From the human T2T-CHM13v2.0 reference genome, Homo sapiens: a DNA stretch of 64,000 bases. This document shows positions 27,791-43,141 of the stretch, in pieces. Position 1 is the first letter of the stretch. The number at the start of each line of letters is the position of its first letter. Below the pieces are notes generated by a model. The model was not told the origin of the DNA, ran no database searches, and saw nothing but the letters and a program-made list of their open reading frames with translations. The translations under genes were made by a program, and so were the position numbers. The DNA is taken from assembly GCF_009914755.1 (NCBI RefSeq), contig NC_060936.1, one strand, 5' to 3'.

Positions 27791-29393
27791 TACTACTTTA
27801 TACATACAGCAGTTGCTAAAAATAAGGAGGCAAATCCACATATACTGATATGGGAAGTGATTCCGGATAAATAAAGTAGGGAGGGAAAAAAGCAAATTTC
27901 AGAATAGTTTTTTAATGATTCCCATCTGTGAAAAAATATATCTTTGTGTGTGCATAAAAATATCTGTAAGAAATAATGGTGATTAACTCTGGAAAATCTA
28001 CCTGAGGGTTTGTGGGTGATAGGGATGCTGACTTTTCCATTTACATCCTTTTGTACTCTTGATTTTTTTAAAAAACTAGAGGCACTTATCATTTTAAATT
28101 TAAAAACTCTAGTCCAAAAACAACCAATCCATCAGCCTACCTGCTCTCTGGATAGAGTTTCAGGGTGGGTGAGGGAGCCTGGCACACCCTTGCTCCGCGT
28201 CCAATGACTTTGCTGCTGAATTGCTTGTAACGGACCACACTGTTGAGAAGCACCTCGTGAATGGCGATTCTACAGAGCTGTTTGGTGATGCAGCAGAGCT
28301 ACCCACTTTCTGCTCACAGGTCATGACTGAAGCCAGTGTTCTTCCTGGACTTTCTACACATTGAATGTCAAGGGCTATTATCTTGAGCCCTCTTCTTGCT
28401 TTGCTTATTTGTATTAAAATAACTGGCCTGTCAACTCTGCTTTACTGCTATATTTAGCATGGTCAGTGGTGACCACAAATGGTTATGAAGCAGCTGCCCT
28501 AGTGTCATCCCTAGAAATGATAATGATAATAATGTTGCTACCAGGTGCCTTATATATAATCTATTCTTGCAACACCAGCCAGATAAATATGTTTTACCTT
28601 ACTTTTCAGATGAGAAAACTGTGTGTGGTTCAGAGAGGTTTAATGATATTATCAAATATTGACTGAACACCTACTATGCTTTAGATGCAGGTAATCAAAT
28701 GAGTAACAAGATAGATAAAACCCTGATCTCACACAGTGTACAATTCTATCAGGGTAGGCTCCTGTTGAACCATACAAGGTGACAAACTTTGCCCTGCCAA
28801 ACGGAATTTCCATGCAGCACTTTAGATAACAAAACACTTGAAGAAGATCTCCTACGTGAAAATCAGAGATTGAAATAAGAATGTTTAAAATCAAGACAAA
28901 AAAATGAAGTGAATAGAAGAAAATAATAAACTATAACATAATATTTTCAGAGAGTTAATGATAGCACTTGCGTGCTGGGTGTGGTATTATTAGGTCATTT
29001 AATCCTTACAGCAATCCTAAAATGTATGTACTGTTATTGTTTCCACTTGATAAAGAAAGAAATTGGGGAACAAGGAGTTTATGCAACCTGAACAAGCTAG
29101 CGCGCAGCCGAGCAGGGATCTGAACCCAGATCATCTTGCTCTACAGTCTGTGTTCCAAATACTGTGCCTTTCTTGGATGACATAACATCCATAAAAAGAG
29201 TAGGATGCTATTAGAAAGAAAGAAATATTCTAAGAATAAGAAAGGGCTCTTGGAAATAAAGATATGAAAAAAGCACAATTAAAAATAAAATAGAAGAAAA
29301 ACAGAAGGTGTTTCCTCAAAAAATTAAAAATAGAATTACCAAATGATCCAACAATTCCACTTCTGGGTATATATCCAAAGAAAATAAAAATAA

Positions 29394-30407
<1,014 letters not shown>

Positions 30408-31717
30408 CACACACACACACACACGCACACGCACAAAAGAAAAAAAAGGGAGAGACAACGATGAAAGAAGTACATGAAAGAGTTTTCTAGGGCTGACATA
30501 TATGAGTTCTCTGATGAACTTGTCAACTTTGTAGCACAATAAATGAAAAAGACCAACACCACTGTAAAATTTCAGCACTCTGGAAAGAAGAGCCCAAAGG
30601 TTTCTAGATAGAAGACAACAGAGTACACACACACACAGCTAGAAACGAGAACATCATTGGGCATTTCAGTACCACTATTGGAAACTAGAAGATAACAGAG
30701 CAATGCCTTCAAAATTCTAAGGTAAAATAATCTCCAGTATAGAATCTCACACCCAGTAAAAGTAGGATTTAGAATGATTTTCTTTTCAAGCAGAAAAGAT
30801 GTCAAAAAGTTTCCCTCTCATGCACAAATTCTCAGAAAGCTACTTAAGGAAGTGCTTTATCAAAATGGAAGACACAGAATCCAGGAACCAACAGCCCCAG
30901 CAAAGGAAACAAGAAGATTTCAGGTGACAGCTGGCTATGCTGGCGGTGAAGGCGGAGCAGGGAGAGCCACAGGAGCCTGGCCAAGAGTGCATCGCTGTCC
31001 CGAGGAGTGCAGTGTGGAGCGCCCCGGTTGGAAGGTGTCTCCGAAGGACCCACGGGAGCACCTCCAGGAAAGGGCCAGTATTTGTGCATCTGTTGCAACA
31101 GAAGGCATGTATCTGCCTAAGGGGAACTGAAAACAGAACCACTGAGCGAAACAGTCTCGTCCTCCTTCTGTGCCCAAGCCTGGAGGGTCTAGGAGCAGGG
31201 GCCAGGGGAGAAGACGTGGAGCAAAGAAGGAAAACAGCAGGCTCTGTATCCCCCTCCCCTTCACCCCCGCTACTCAGCCCGGAGACCCTCTCCCCAACCC
31301 CAGCTCTTTCTCGTTGTTGATCCCTAAGCCACAGGCCAGGCCTCACCTGGGAGAAGGAAGGAAGTTTTAAATTGAATGAGATGCTAAAAGTTTGGATGAG
31401 ACTTTAAAGTTTTGACATACATTTGACTGAAAATTTTAATACCCGAAAGTGTCGAGAAAGCTGTACAACCTACCCAAGATGTGATCCAGGGGTCGGGGTG
31501 TGGGTAGGGGTTTCATAGAATGTGTGTGAGGAAGGAGGAGGAGGGACAAGGCTGATGGTGGATTATTCCCTACTGGGTTCAGCCCCCATATGAAACCCGC
31601 ATCGTCGGGAATAAAATGATCAAGGTGACCCTCAGAAAAACTGAAAACAGCCTATACCAAAAGGAAAACACACTCGTGCGTACACACCTACATCCCAAAG
31701 AAAAAACAATGCATATT

Positions 31718-32620
31718 AGTGATATCGTAACTATATATATAAGTTTTCGCCCATGGTTCCTGGCTCATAACTCCCATAGCCCCTGTCACAGTCCTTTGTT
31801 GTAATGTTGAGGCACTTTAGGTGCCAAGAGCAGGTCTAAGGAAACAGAAGCTCAGGACTCGAATCTGCTTGTGGGTCATAAGACCCTCATTCCAGAAAGG
31901 GTTTTGCTTCATTCCCTGGAGGAAAGAAGGCTGCACAGAGTCCAAGAAGAATCTGAACAGATGGGCCTTGCTGGGTTTAGATCATATCCTTTTTGTCAAA
32001 TCTCATTTCTAAATGATTGTCAATCATGAAGATTGTCAATCATGAAGATTGTCAATCATGAAGATTGTCAATCAGTGAAGTCTCCATAAAAGGCCCAAGA
32101 GGAGAGGGTCCAGGGAGCTTCCAGCTAGCTAAGCGCGTGGAGGTTCCTGAAGGGCTGTGCCCAGGGAGGACGTGGAAGCTCCACACCCCTTCCCCCATGC
32201 TGTGCCCTATGCATCTCTTCATCTCTACCCTTTGTGATATCCTTTATAATAAACCGGTAACTGCAAGTGTTTCCCTGAGTTCGGTGAGCTGCTCCAGCAA
32301 ATTAATTGAACCTAGAGGGCGGTTGTGGGAACCTTAACTTGAAGCTGATCAATCAGAAGTTCTGGAGGCTGGAACTTGTGACTCGTGTCTGAAGGCGGGG
32401 TGGCGCTTTTGGGGACTGAGCCCTCAACCTGTGGGATCTGATACTCTCACCAGGAAGGCAGAGTTGGAATGGAATTGGAGGACACCCAGCTGATTTCCAC
32501 TGCAACGCTGCTCCCTTGCTGGCTGGTGGGGAGAAATCTCCACACATATTTTGGGGTCACAGAAGTCTTCTTTGTTGATGATTGTTGTGGTGGTGTTGGG
32601 AGAACAGAGGAAAAATAGGG
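31718..32620 (+). mobile_element. MER21-family solo LTR
   Basis: ccctatgcatctcttcatct...cctttataataaaccggtaa...ttccctgagttc...gactgagccctcaacctgtgggatctga. Confidence 0.8.
32015..32074. repeat. 16-bp tandem repeat GATTGTCAATCATGAA x3.75
   Basis: Perfect copies starting at 32015, 32031, 32047, 32063. Confidence 0.95.
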
Positions 32621-34417
32621 CTTGAATTTTTACAAACCGTATTGCAAAAGATAGAAGAAAAAGTGTTGAAAGTAAAAACCATAAAGTGAACTGTTCTGTT
32701 TTCCAGTTAGTCAGCTTTGAGGTGCAGCTGGCTTCTCCTTGGTTTAAAATCATGGTGACGCTGATGCTGGACACAGAGAAGAGCCCCACAGGCAGAATCC
32801 TGGGCCTTCCAGAAGAGCAGTCCAGAAGCAACCTTGTCCCACCAAGCTTGGGTCTGACCATTTGCACCTGTTGGATTTGAATTCAACTGCTCCATGGAGG
32901 TGTTTGCCCAAACCTTGGCTTCAAGCTAATTAATGTTGGGTCTTCAAATACTTCAAGGTGCAGTTCTAGTGTTACAGTTCTTAATTTCAGCGCAATAGAA
33001 ACTGTCTTTGAATGATTTGGATGAAAAGGAATTTATTATGTTAGGAAGCTCACAGACCTCCTTGCCTGTGCTGTGGAACTGGGCTTGGATGCTATAGCTG
33101 GGACCAAAGTCCTAAATTGCAGTGCAGAACTGGTCTTGTGATGGTATCATTGTCACTGCCTCTGGGCCCAGCCCCCCACTGCTTGTACTTCCGAGCCCAC
33201 TGGTGCTGGCTGCTGCCTCCGAACCTGGTGTAGCCCCCACCATGGCTACCTCCCTCTTCAGAAGGGATTTTGCCTAAGTCCTGCTTTTTTGTATCACTAA
33301 GAGTTGAATCGGGGCCAACGGGGAAGACTCATTGATCACATGCCGCAGCTGAGCCACAAGGGAGGCTGGGGTTCAGCTTTCGGCTTCTATAATGCGGAGT
33401 TGTCATTTTCCACCACCAAGATTTATAAGGTGAGAAGCTCCCCAAACGTGGAGAGCTGTCAGTCAAAAAAAAAATCACAGATACTCACCACAACTAGCCT
33501 GTAGTTCACTCCCATCATCCCACAGCTGTCAAGGAGGGTCTTCCTGACCATGCTATTTAAGCTAGGCTGCCTCTACTCCCAGTTTCTCTCCATGTTAGCA
33601 CTTATCACAATTTGTGATGGTTTTATTTCTTAGTTCTCTTGCTTCCCTGCTGGACTGTAAACTCCCTGAGGCCAGGGATTGTGCCAATCCTGTTCACTGT
33701 TGCATTTTTAGCACTAACAACAGCACTTCAAACAATATGGGCATTCATCTATTCAATAAATAAGGGGTGCACAATGGACACAATTTCCTGCCCTCCCAGA
33801 GCATCTGAATGAATGAATGAATGAACAAAAGATGCATTACTCTTAGCTTACTAATGTAAACTCAAATCGCTGGCATCCAGTGACTTGACAATATATATTT
33901 ATGAATAAATAACATTTTTCTACTCTTGATTATCATTGAGATAAAGGAGAGTGGTTCTGAGAAGAACTTGTAAAATTTATCAGAAGAGTTAATAAGATAT
34001 ATACAGGGTTGGAAGAACCCAGAAACGAATTCACATTTGGTTGTTAACTATAAGATAAGCTCCAATCTTTGACTTTACAGAAAACAATGCGAGGGAGGAA
34101 GCTAAAGACTTCCCCTGAGACTTTAGCCTACCACTATGAAAATGTGCTGAGCCTGCTCTATGGACGCAGTCGGAGCAGGATTCCAGACAAGTGCCCCAAG
34201 ATATTCTGTAAGTTAATTAGATTCTCTTTCAATGCTGAACTACTGGAAACTGTTCAACAGCAACTGCTGTGCTAAGACAATTATTCTGAGAAAAGTGAGC
34301 TTCAATAATCGCCGTGAAATGAAACTTGAATCCTGAAGGAATTCCATCATCAACTCACAGGGTGAGGAGCTGGGGCAAAGTTGAGCCCAAGTGGGAGGGA
34401 AGGGTGGGAAGGGTGGC

Positions 34418-34727
34418 CTTTTTTTTTTTTTTTTTTTTTTTTTGAGACAAAGTCTCACTCTATCCCTAGGCTGGAGTGTAATGGCATAATCTTGGCTCAC
34501 TGCAACTTCTGCCTCTTGGGTTCAAACCATTCTTGTGCCTCAGCCTCCTGAGTAGCTGGGATTACAGGTCTGCTCCACCACGCCCGGCTAATTTTTTTGT
34601 ATTTTTAGTGGAGAAGGGGTTTTGCCATGTTGGCCAGGCTGGCCTCGAACTCCTGACCTCAAGTGATCCACCCGCCTCAGCCTCCCAAAGTGCTGGGATT
34701 ATAGGCATGAGCTACTGCACCCAGCCA
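34418..34727 (-). mobile_element. Alu (AluS)
   Basis: Long T tail. Confidence 0.94.
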
Positions 34728-35123
34728 GGGGCGGCATTTTATAGCCTGTAAGTGTGCGAAAGGAACCAAGGTCAGGAGAATGGGCCTTGGTAGAGTTCTG
34801 CTTTATAGTCCCCAGGAACCGGCAATGAGGGGATGTGCTCTCTGAAGCTGGGCTTCCTGATGGCCTGGAGAGAGGCCTGGCCCAGGATTACAGCCAGAGG
34901 ATGCTTTGGTCCATTTTGGTGATCATCTGCTCCCTACTTCACAAAGGTAAAGGTAGGATTTGCCATCAGAACGCACATCAGTCTCAGAGTGGCCTTTGGA
35001 CAAAAACAAAAAGCAAAAGCAACAAAACCCCACAGATCAGCATTTCTTCATCAGAGAGTTTCCATGATTCCGTTGGGCTTAATGCAGGCTTCTAAGTACG
35101 TCCTCCAAATGTATCAGCCTCTG

Positions 35124-35302
35124 CCAGGGGACAGTTGGCAATGTCTGAAGACATTTTTGGTTGTCACACTGAGAGGGTGCTTCTGGCATCTAGTGAGTAG
35201 GGCCTAGGATGCTGGTAAACATCCTGCATTACATAGGACAGCTGCCGGCAACAAAGCTTATCTGGACCAAAATGTCAGTAGTGCTGAGGTTGAGAACCCC
35301 TG
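35124..35302 (+). mobile_element. MER20 (hAT-Charlie)
   Basis: ggggacagttggcaatgtctgaagacatttttggttgtcac...gtgctgaggttgagaacccctg. Confidence 0.85.
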
Positions 35303-36210
35303 GGCCATAATGCCAGCCAGCTGTCTTCCAGGGAAGTGCATCCCCGTCATCATAAAATAAATACAACAACTAGTATTTTATCTTCCTGACTGGAATAAAT
35401 TTTGTCTTCAGTCTCAGGGAAGGTTTTCTTTCAATTTAATAAAGTGGGGTGGGATCAAATACAACCATACTTCCAAGAATTTCATTTGGCAGCTTTGATA
35501 TTTCCAGATCTGCTTGACAAGTAAAGAGCTGATAATGTGCAGGCAGCTTTGGGTTGGGACTCATGAAATCTGAGTCAACTATAAGCCTTATAAAAGATGC
35601 ATGAAGTCTCCTATAAGGCTTTTTGTTTTGTTTTTGTTTGTTTTTTGATGGAGTTGGAGGTGGGGGCTGGTGGATCTTGCAATGCATTTTCCAGTAGAAA
35701 TAATGCTATAAATTATGGTATTTTACATCAGTCTATAAAAGTTGGTTTAATTCATAGAACAACAGTATGGTGATGGTAGGGTGACTGCAGTCTTACTGAC
35801 TGCTGTGTGTAAGATGGTTTCTGTGTGGAAACAGATTCTGAGCTGCAGTTCAAGCAACAGGGCCAGTAGCTAGAGGTGGTTTCAGAGGATGGTAGATGCC
35901 ATCTGGGGCCACCTGGGGCTGTGCATATTGCTGCCTCAGTACAACCAGGGTTCTTCCAGCATGCAAGAAAAGAGAGGTGAGGAAGGAAACCCACAGTGCC
36001 TGGCACTGGAATGTATGATGTGTGTGGGTTGGCAGTCAGTTGGATTTGGGATAGAATTTCATTTCTACCATTTCCCAACTGTATGGCCTTGGAGACATTG
36101 CTTAACCTCTTTGAAAGTCTTTCTACATTTGTCAAATGGAGATAGTAATGATAACTAAGTTAAACAGAGATAAGTAAATGGAGATGATAATAATAATAAT
36201 CATGGTAAGG

Positions 36211-36626
<416 letters not shown>

Positions 36627-37780
36627 TCATCTCACATCTTCAAAGAATGTCAATATTTGCCCAAATCTTTGGTCAGCTCCAGCCATATCCATAAAACTCC
36701 TGCCAACTTAGAACCTCCTGGAATCGAGCAACCTCACAACTTTGGGAACCAATGAGCTACCAAGAAGCCTGAGGAGTAGAGAGAGGCTGCTGAACAAGAG
36801 CAGAGAAGCTGATCTTGGTGGCTCTGTCATGCTTTCTGATTGTCACGGGCATGGGGAGGTAAGGGGACCTTGGCATAACATAAGGCCTTGACGTTGTCTC
36901 TCCTTGGTTGTCACCTCTCATCGCCCCCACACAGCGGGGCTGACTCGAATGAGATGATTTGAAACTGGGCAGGGGACTGACACCGTGAGCTTACTCATCT
37001 TTTTCTCTCCTTTTAGGATTTCTTTGATCCAACTCATGTCCAGCAGGCATCATGTCTGAGAAGCAGGGACCCTGGAGGAGTTCAGGACAGACCACCAGCT
37101 GGACGTTTCTCTTTGAGCTAGCTATCTGAGACTGTTTCCTCTGAAAGTGTATTTATGTGCCCAGATGATATAAGAGCACTTACATAATTATGTGAGTGGA
37201 TTCTGTGAGTTGACTGGAGATCTGTGGACATCTGGCTCTGAAACGCCACAAACCAACCTGGACTCCCCAAGGGGCTCAGGGTGAGCTGTGCTTTTCTTTT
37301 GTTGGAGAGTTTTTCCTATTTGCATGTGGAGGGAGAAGTGGCATTGGTTCAATATGGTCTGTCTCAGGTGACTTTCAGACAGTAGGGTTCAGTGTGGAGC
37401 TTTGCTGAATCCTGCCCTGTTGGAGTCCTACTGATGGGACTGGGAGTGGTATTGCGGGGAGGGTCCTGGACTTGCGCTCTGAAGATCTGCATTTGAATTT
37501 TTTAAATTGCTGCGTAACCTTGAGCAAGTAGTTTAACTTCTCATGATCTCCTCCCATCATCTGGAAACAAGAGAGTCAGACCAGATCACCCCAAAGGATC
37601 ATAACAGGCTTGGCAGCACGGACTTCCCACTGGGTGACTCTGATGTCACTGAACATGTGTATCGCTCTGCTGCAAATGTAGGTTAACGGTGGGGCAAGTG
37701 AGGTGGGATCATGCTTGAGAAAAACATTGTTTTAATTTTAGTTAAATGCTGGGCCACAAAACTAAAATTGGCAAAGACCT

Positions 37781-38079
37781 TTCTTTTTGTTTTTTTAGAC
37801 AGGGTTTCACTCTATCGCCCAGGCTGGAGTGCAGTGGTGTGATCTCAGCATACTGCAGTCTTAGCTTTCCAGGCTCAAGCAACCCTCCTGCCTCAGCCTC
37901 CTGAGTAGCTGGGACTACAGGCATGCACCACCATGTCCAGGCAATTTTTGTATTCTTTGTAGAGACAGGGTTTTGCCATGTTGCCCATGGCAGGTTTTGA
38001 ACTCCTGGGCTCAAGTGATCCACCTGCCTCAGCCTTCCAAAGTGCTGGGATTACAGACTTGAGCCACGGTGTCTGGCCA
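37781..38079 (-). mobile_element. Alu (AluJ-like)
   Basis: TSD ggcaaagacctt. Confidence 0.94.
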
Positions 38080-39256
38080 GGCAAAGACCTTGGCCCAGCC
38101 ACCCTTTTGTGTAATGGCCAAGATGCTCAGAGGGGCCAGCATGACAAATGGAAGGAGGAAGCATGGGCTTTGTAGTCAGAAAAATTTGAGTCGTACTATC
38201 AGCTCTGCCACTGACAAGGAAAAATTGTTTACCTTCTCTGAGCCTCAATTCTGCAAAACTGGAATAAGAACACCCACTGCATAAGGTTTTCCTGAGGTTA
38301 AAAAATGATAATGTGTTTAAATATTTTGCACATGGAAGGTGCTTGAAAACTGGTTTGTATGATTATCCTTTTCTTATTCATGTTATAATCAGGTATTGGG
38401 CTGTGACTATTCCAGGGTGTACTGATAAATGCTCAAGTGAGTTAAGCCTGAGCAAGCTCTGGTACTGATTCCTCACTTCCTGGGTCCTGTCTGGCCCCCT
38501 GGTTTGCTGTCAGGAAGACCTAAAGCTGGCTGGGCCGACTGTATACCCTCCTGGTTCACTGTCCCCTCCTTCAACTCTTCCTCCTACCATAATATATAAC
38601 ACGTAACACATAAAGTAGTCCTATGGTCTGTAATGTAGATATTTACTTCCTTACAAAGCAAAGACAGCTTTTTATTGACCTTGAATGGCGTTCTTTGAAA
38701 TGTTGGCAAGATGCTATTGTTTGAGCAGTACCTCACCATGTCTCATGTCCCCTTTTCCAGGGCATAAAGTATTATTCCACTGGGTTCCCACCAAGCGGGG
38801 AATCAACTAGCATTCAATAAACCTAGTTACATGCCTTGAAAGGTGGTTCATAAACCTGCAGAAAACCCTAAATCAGGCAGACGAGTGGAAGTGGCTTGGT
38901 TGTCACTGACTATGTATGTCTTAAGACCAAGTCGGCTTGCTCCTTCATCAGAAGCACAGCCCTGGAAAGTGCGTTTCACTAAAAATAGGGCAGTTGGAGG
39001 CATGACTGCACCAGCAGATAGTTTTCGCAGCAGCTTTTGGGGCAGGCTGACTGATAAAGCTTTCTGCTCTGGGTGCTCCAGATTACTCACAGCTGTTTCC
39101 AGACCAAAGCGCCCTGGGGAGGCTGGCATCACGCCACGCGTCAGGTGCTTGTTATCAAACACTGCGCGTGAGGCCAGAGTCGGCCTAATCAGCCTCCAAG
39201 CCTTGCCTGGATGGAATGGATCAGGGAGGGCTGGCGACCTGTTCTGTCACTGTATT

Positions 39257-39531
<275 letters not shown>

Positions 39532-39567
39532 TCTGTCACTGTATTCTAAAACCCAGCAGTTTCCTTT

Positions 39568-39569
<2 letters not shown>

Positions 39570-39605
<36 letters not shown>
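39570..39605. repeat. (TG)n microsatellite
   Basis: ~18 GT units. Confidence 0.95.
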
Positions 39606-39608
<3 letters not shown>

Positions 39609-39889
39609 ACTTCTAAAAAAAAGTTGGATTTTTCCTTCCATTGCAAGTTGAGGGTAGTATAGCATAGTGGTTAATGGGTATGCTTCAGAGCCAGACTTCC
39701 TGGGTTTGAAGCCTGTTCTCTTTTGTTTGTTTTAAATTAACAAACATAATTCTATTTTTTTTCTTTTGTAGAGGTGAGGGTCTCACTACATTGTCCAGCC
39801 TAGTCTTGAACTCCTGGCCTCAAGAACCGTCTCACCTTGGACTCCTAAAACTGCTGGGATTACAGGTATGAGCCACCACACCCGGCCTC

Positions 39890-40705
39890 AAACTTAATTC
39901 TTTTAGAGTAGTTTTAGGTTCACAGCAAATTGAGCAGAAAGTGCAGAGAGTTCCTATATACCCCTTGTCTCCTCCCCTGCTATTCCCCTCCAGATAATAT
40001 TTCTTACAGCTGATGAACCCATATTGACATGTCGTTATCACTCAAAGTCCATAGTTTACATTAGGGTTCACTCTTGGTGTTGTAGATTCTATGGCTTTTG
40101 ACAAATGTATAATATGTTTCCCTCGTTGTGGTATCATACGGAGTATTTTCACTGCCCTAAAAATCCTCTGTGCTCTGCCTATTCATCCATCCCTCCCCCC
40201 GGAAACCACTGATCTTTTTACTGTCTCCATAGTTTTGCCTTTTCCACAATATCATACAATTGGAATCATACAGTATGTAGCCTTTTCGGATCAGCTTCTT
40301 TCACTTAGTAAAATGCATATAAGTTATCTTTATGTGTTTTCATGGCTTGATAACTCATTTCTTTCTAGAACTAAATGAGATTCCATTGTCCGAATATACC
40401 ACAGTGATTTGTTCATTCACCCACTGAAGGATATCTTGGTTGCTTCTAAGTTTTGGCAATTATGAATAAAGCTGCTATGAACATCTGTGCAGGTTTTTGT
40501 GCGGACATAAATTTGCAATTCATCTGGATGAATAACAAGAAGCGTGATTGCTGGATCATAGGGTAAGAGTAGGTTTAGTTTTGTAAGAAACTGCCAGGCT
40601 GTCTTCCAAAGTAGCTGCACCATTTTGGTTTCCCACCAGCAATAAATAAAAGCCACGGTTGCTCCATGTCCTCCAGCGCGCTTGATGTTGTCAGTGTTTG
40701 GGGTT
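39890..40705 (-). mobile_element. L1M (L1MB-like) 3' end
   Basis: ttttaggttcacagcaaattgagcagaaag...; ORF2 remnant LPYDPAITLL. Confidence 0.8.
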
Positions 40706-40870
40706 TTTGGAGCCTGTTTTTGCTACTTCTTAGCTTTTGATGACTTGAGGCAAGTCATTAAACCTCTCTGCCTTGGCTTCTTAGTTTGTGAAGCACAAAA
40801 CAGTAGGACCTCCATGACTGGGTTGATGTGAGGGTTAAATAAAGAGATTCATGGAAGGCATGAGGAATAG

Positions 40871-41374
<504 letters not shown>

Positions 41375-42459
41375 TGAACAACACCACTAGGTGACAAGGT
41401 AGACACACAAATTGTCTCCACTGTCAGATGAAGAAATAGGAGGGTGACACCTGGAGCAGGAGGCTCCCAGGACCCCTTGTCAGCACCATGGCTGTCCTCC
41501 TGTTGCTCCGGTCTGAGCGTTTACATAATTTGGTCTTACCCCTGGTAAAGTTCTTCCTGTGTCCTTGGGAAATAGGACAGGGAAGAGGGGAGAGCGGCGG
41601 GGGGAGCAGGAGGGTCTTCAGGCAGTCTCCCTCTCCGCCTGGTGCCTGAATAGTGCTGAGAGGATGCAGGGGTCTGCACATTCCAGATGAAGGATGTGCT
41701 GTTTCCACGCCCAGCTACCCACTGCACAGACAACGCTCCATGGCTTCCTTCATGAGCTGTCTATATGGAGAAAGTTTCTAGAACAACAGCCACCATTTGT
41801 TGAACCCCCACTACATGCTCGGTACCCAGGAAAATGCCCGTTTAACCCTCCTAGCCACTCTGTGAGGTATGAATGATTATTAGCCTCATTTTCAGATAAG
41901 GAAGCAGGTCAGAGAGGTTAAGTAGTGCCCAGGCCCAGAGTGAGTAAGTGGCAGACTTGGGAGCCTGACCTGGAAGCCACAGCCTCACAGGGACTATGCC
42001 CAGTGGGGAATGTCTTGGTACTGCAAGAAGAAGACTCAGAAGCTTCTGACGAATGAGTAAGGGGGCCACTTTTTAGGAAACTGCAGAAAAAGGAAAAAAA
42101 AAATTGTGGAGAGATCTGCTACATAGCCATGTTCCTCTGGCATCCAGAACAAAAGGATCCCAAGCCCCATGGATGTCTGCCCTGGGGCTCATGCCCTGGG
42201 GCTTACCAGGCTTGGAGCCTGGGTCACTTTCTGTTTGGAAGTGAGGCAGCCACAAGACCCCTCTTGTTCCCTCTGGGACACCTGCCCTGAATATAGTGCA
42301 TTCAGATGGACCCCGTGACCTGTCCTGAGGTTTCACGTCCACACTCAGTCTCCTGGCTCTGTGGGAGGAGCGCTAGGCCAGGCTGGGATGAGACAGAGCT
42401 CCTGCCATGGAAGTCTGGCACAGACTGTCCTGGATGTCCAAGCAATACCTATTGCCTTG

Positions 42460-42851
42460 TGATATGGTTTGGATCTGTGTCCCTGCCCATATCTCACATG
42501 GAATTGTAATCGCCAATGCTGGGGGTGGGGTCTGGTGGAGGCGATTGTATCATGGGGGCAGATTGCCCCCTTGGTGCTATTCTCATGATAGTGAGTGAGT
42601 TCTATCTAGATCTGTTTGTTTTAAAGTGTGTGGCGCCTCCCCACCCCCACTCCTGCCCCTGCCATGTAAAGATATGCCTGCTCCCCCTTTGCCTTCCACC
42701 ATGATCGTAAGTTTCTTGAGGCCTCCCCAGAAGGAGAAGCCACTGTGCTTCCTGTACAGCTTGCAGAATCGTGAGCCAATTAAACCTCTTTTCTTATAAA
42801 GTACTGAGTCTCAGGTATTTCTTTATAGGAGTGAGAGAATGGACAAATACA
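42460..42851 (+). mobile_element. MSTB-like MaLR solo LTR
   Basis: tgatatggtttggatctgtgtccc...gccaattaaacctcttt...aataca; 5-bp TSD CCTTG. Confidence 0.88.
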
Positions 42852-42930
42852 CCTTGACTCAAAACTGTGGAAATCACATTTAAGAATAGAAAGTGCTTGA
42901 AAAAAAATCTTTAAAAATATTATTCAATGG

Positions 42931-43141
42931 ACAGCTTGGGCAACATGGCAAAACCCCATCTCTACCAAAAAATACAAAAATTAGCTAGGCATGGTGGTGC
43001 ACACCTGAGGTCTCAGCTACTCCAGAGGCTGGGGTGGGAAGATCACTTAAGCCCAGGAGGCAGGGTTTGCAGTAAGCTGTGATCATGCCACTGCACTCCA
43101 GCCTGGGTGACAGAGTGATAACCTGTCTCAAAAAAAAAAAA
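42931..43141 (+). mobile_element. Alu (AluJ-like), 5'-truncated
   Basis: Partial Alu. Confidence 0.88.

Noticed and set aside
30774-31370. Cluster of 66-168 aa ORFs in a GC-rich patch
   Set aside because: Open on both strands, no homology recognised, adjacent to old L1 debris
32015-32074. CRISPR-like appearance of short repeats
   Set aside because: Contiguous tandem units with no spacers, in human LTR DNA
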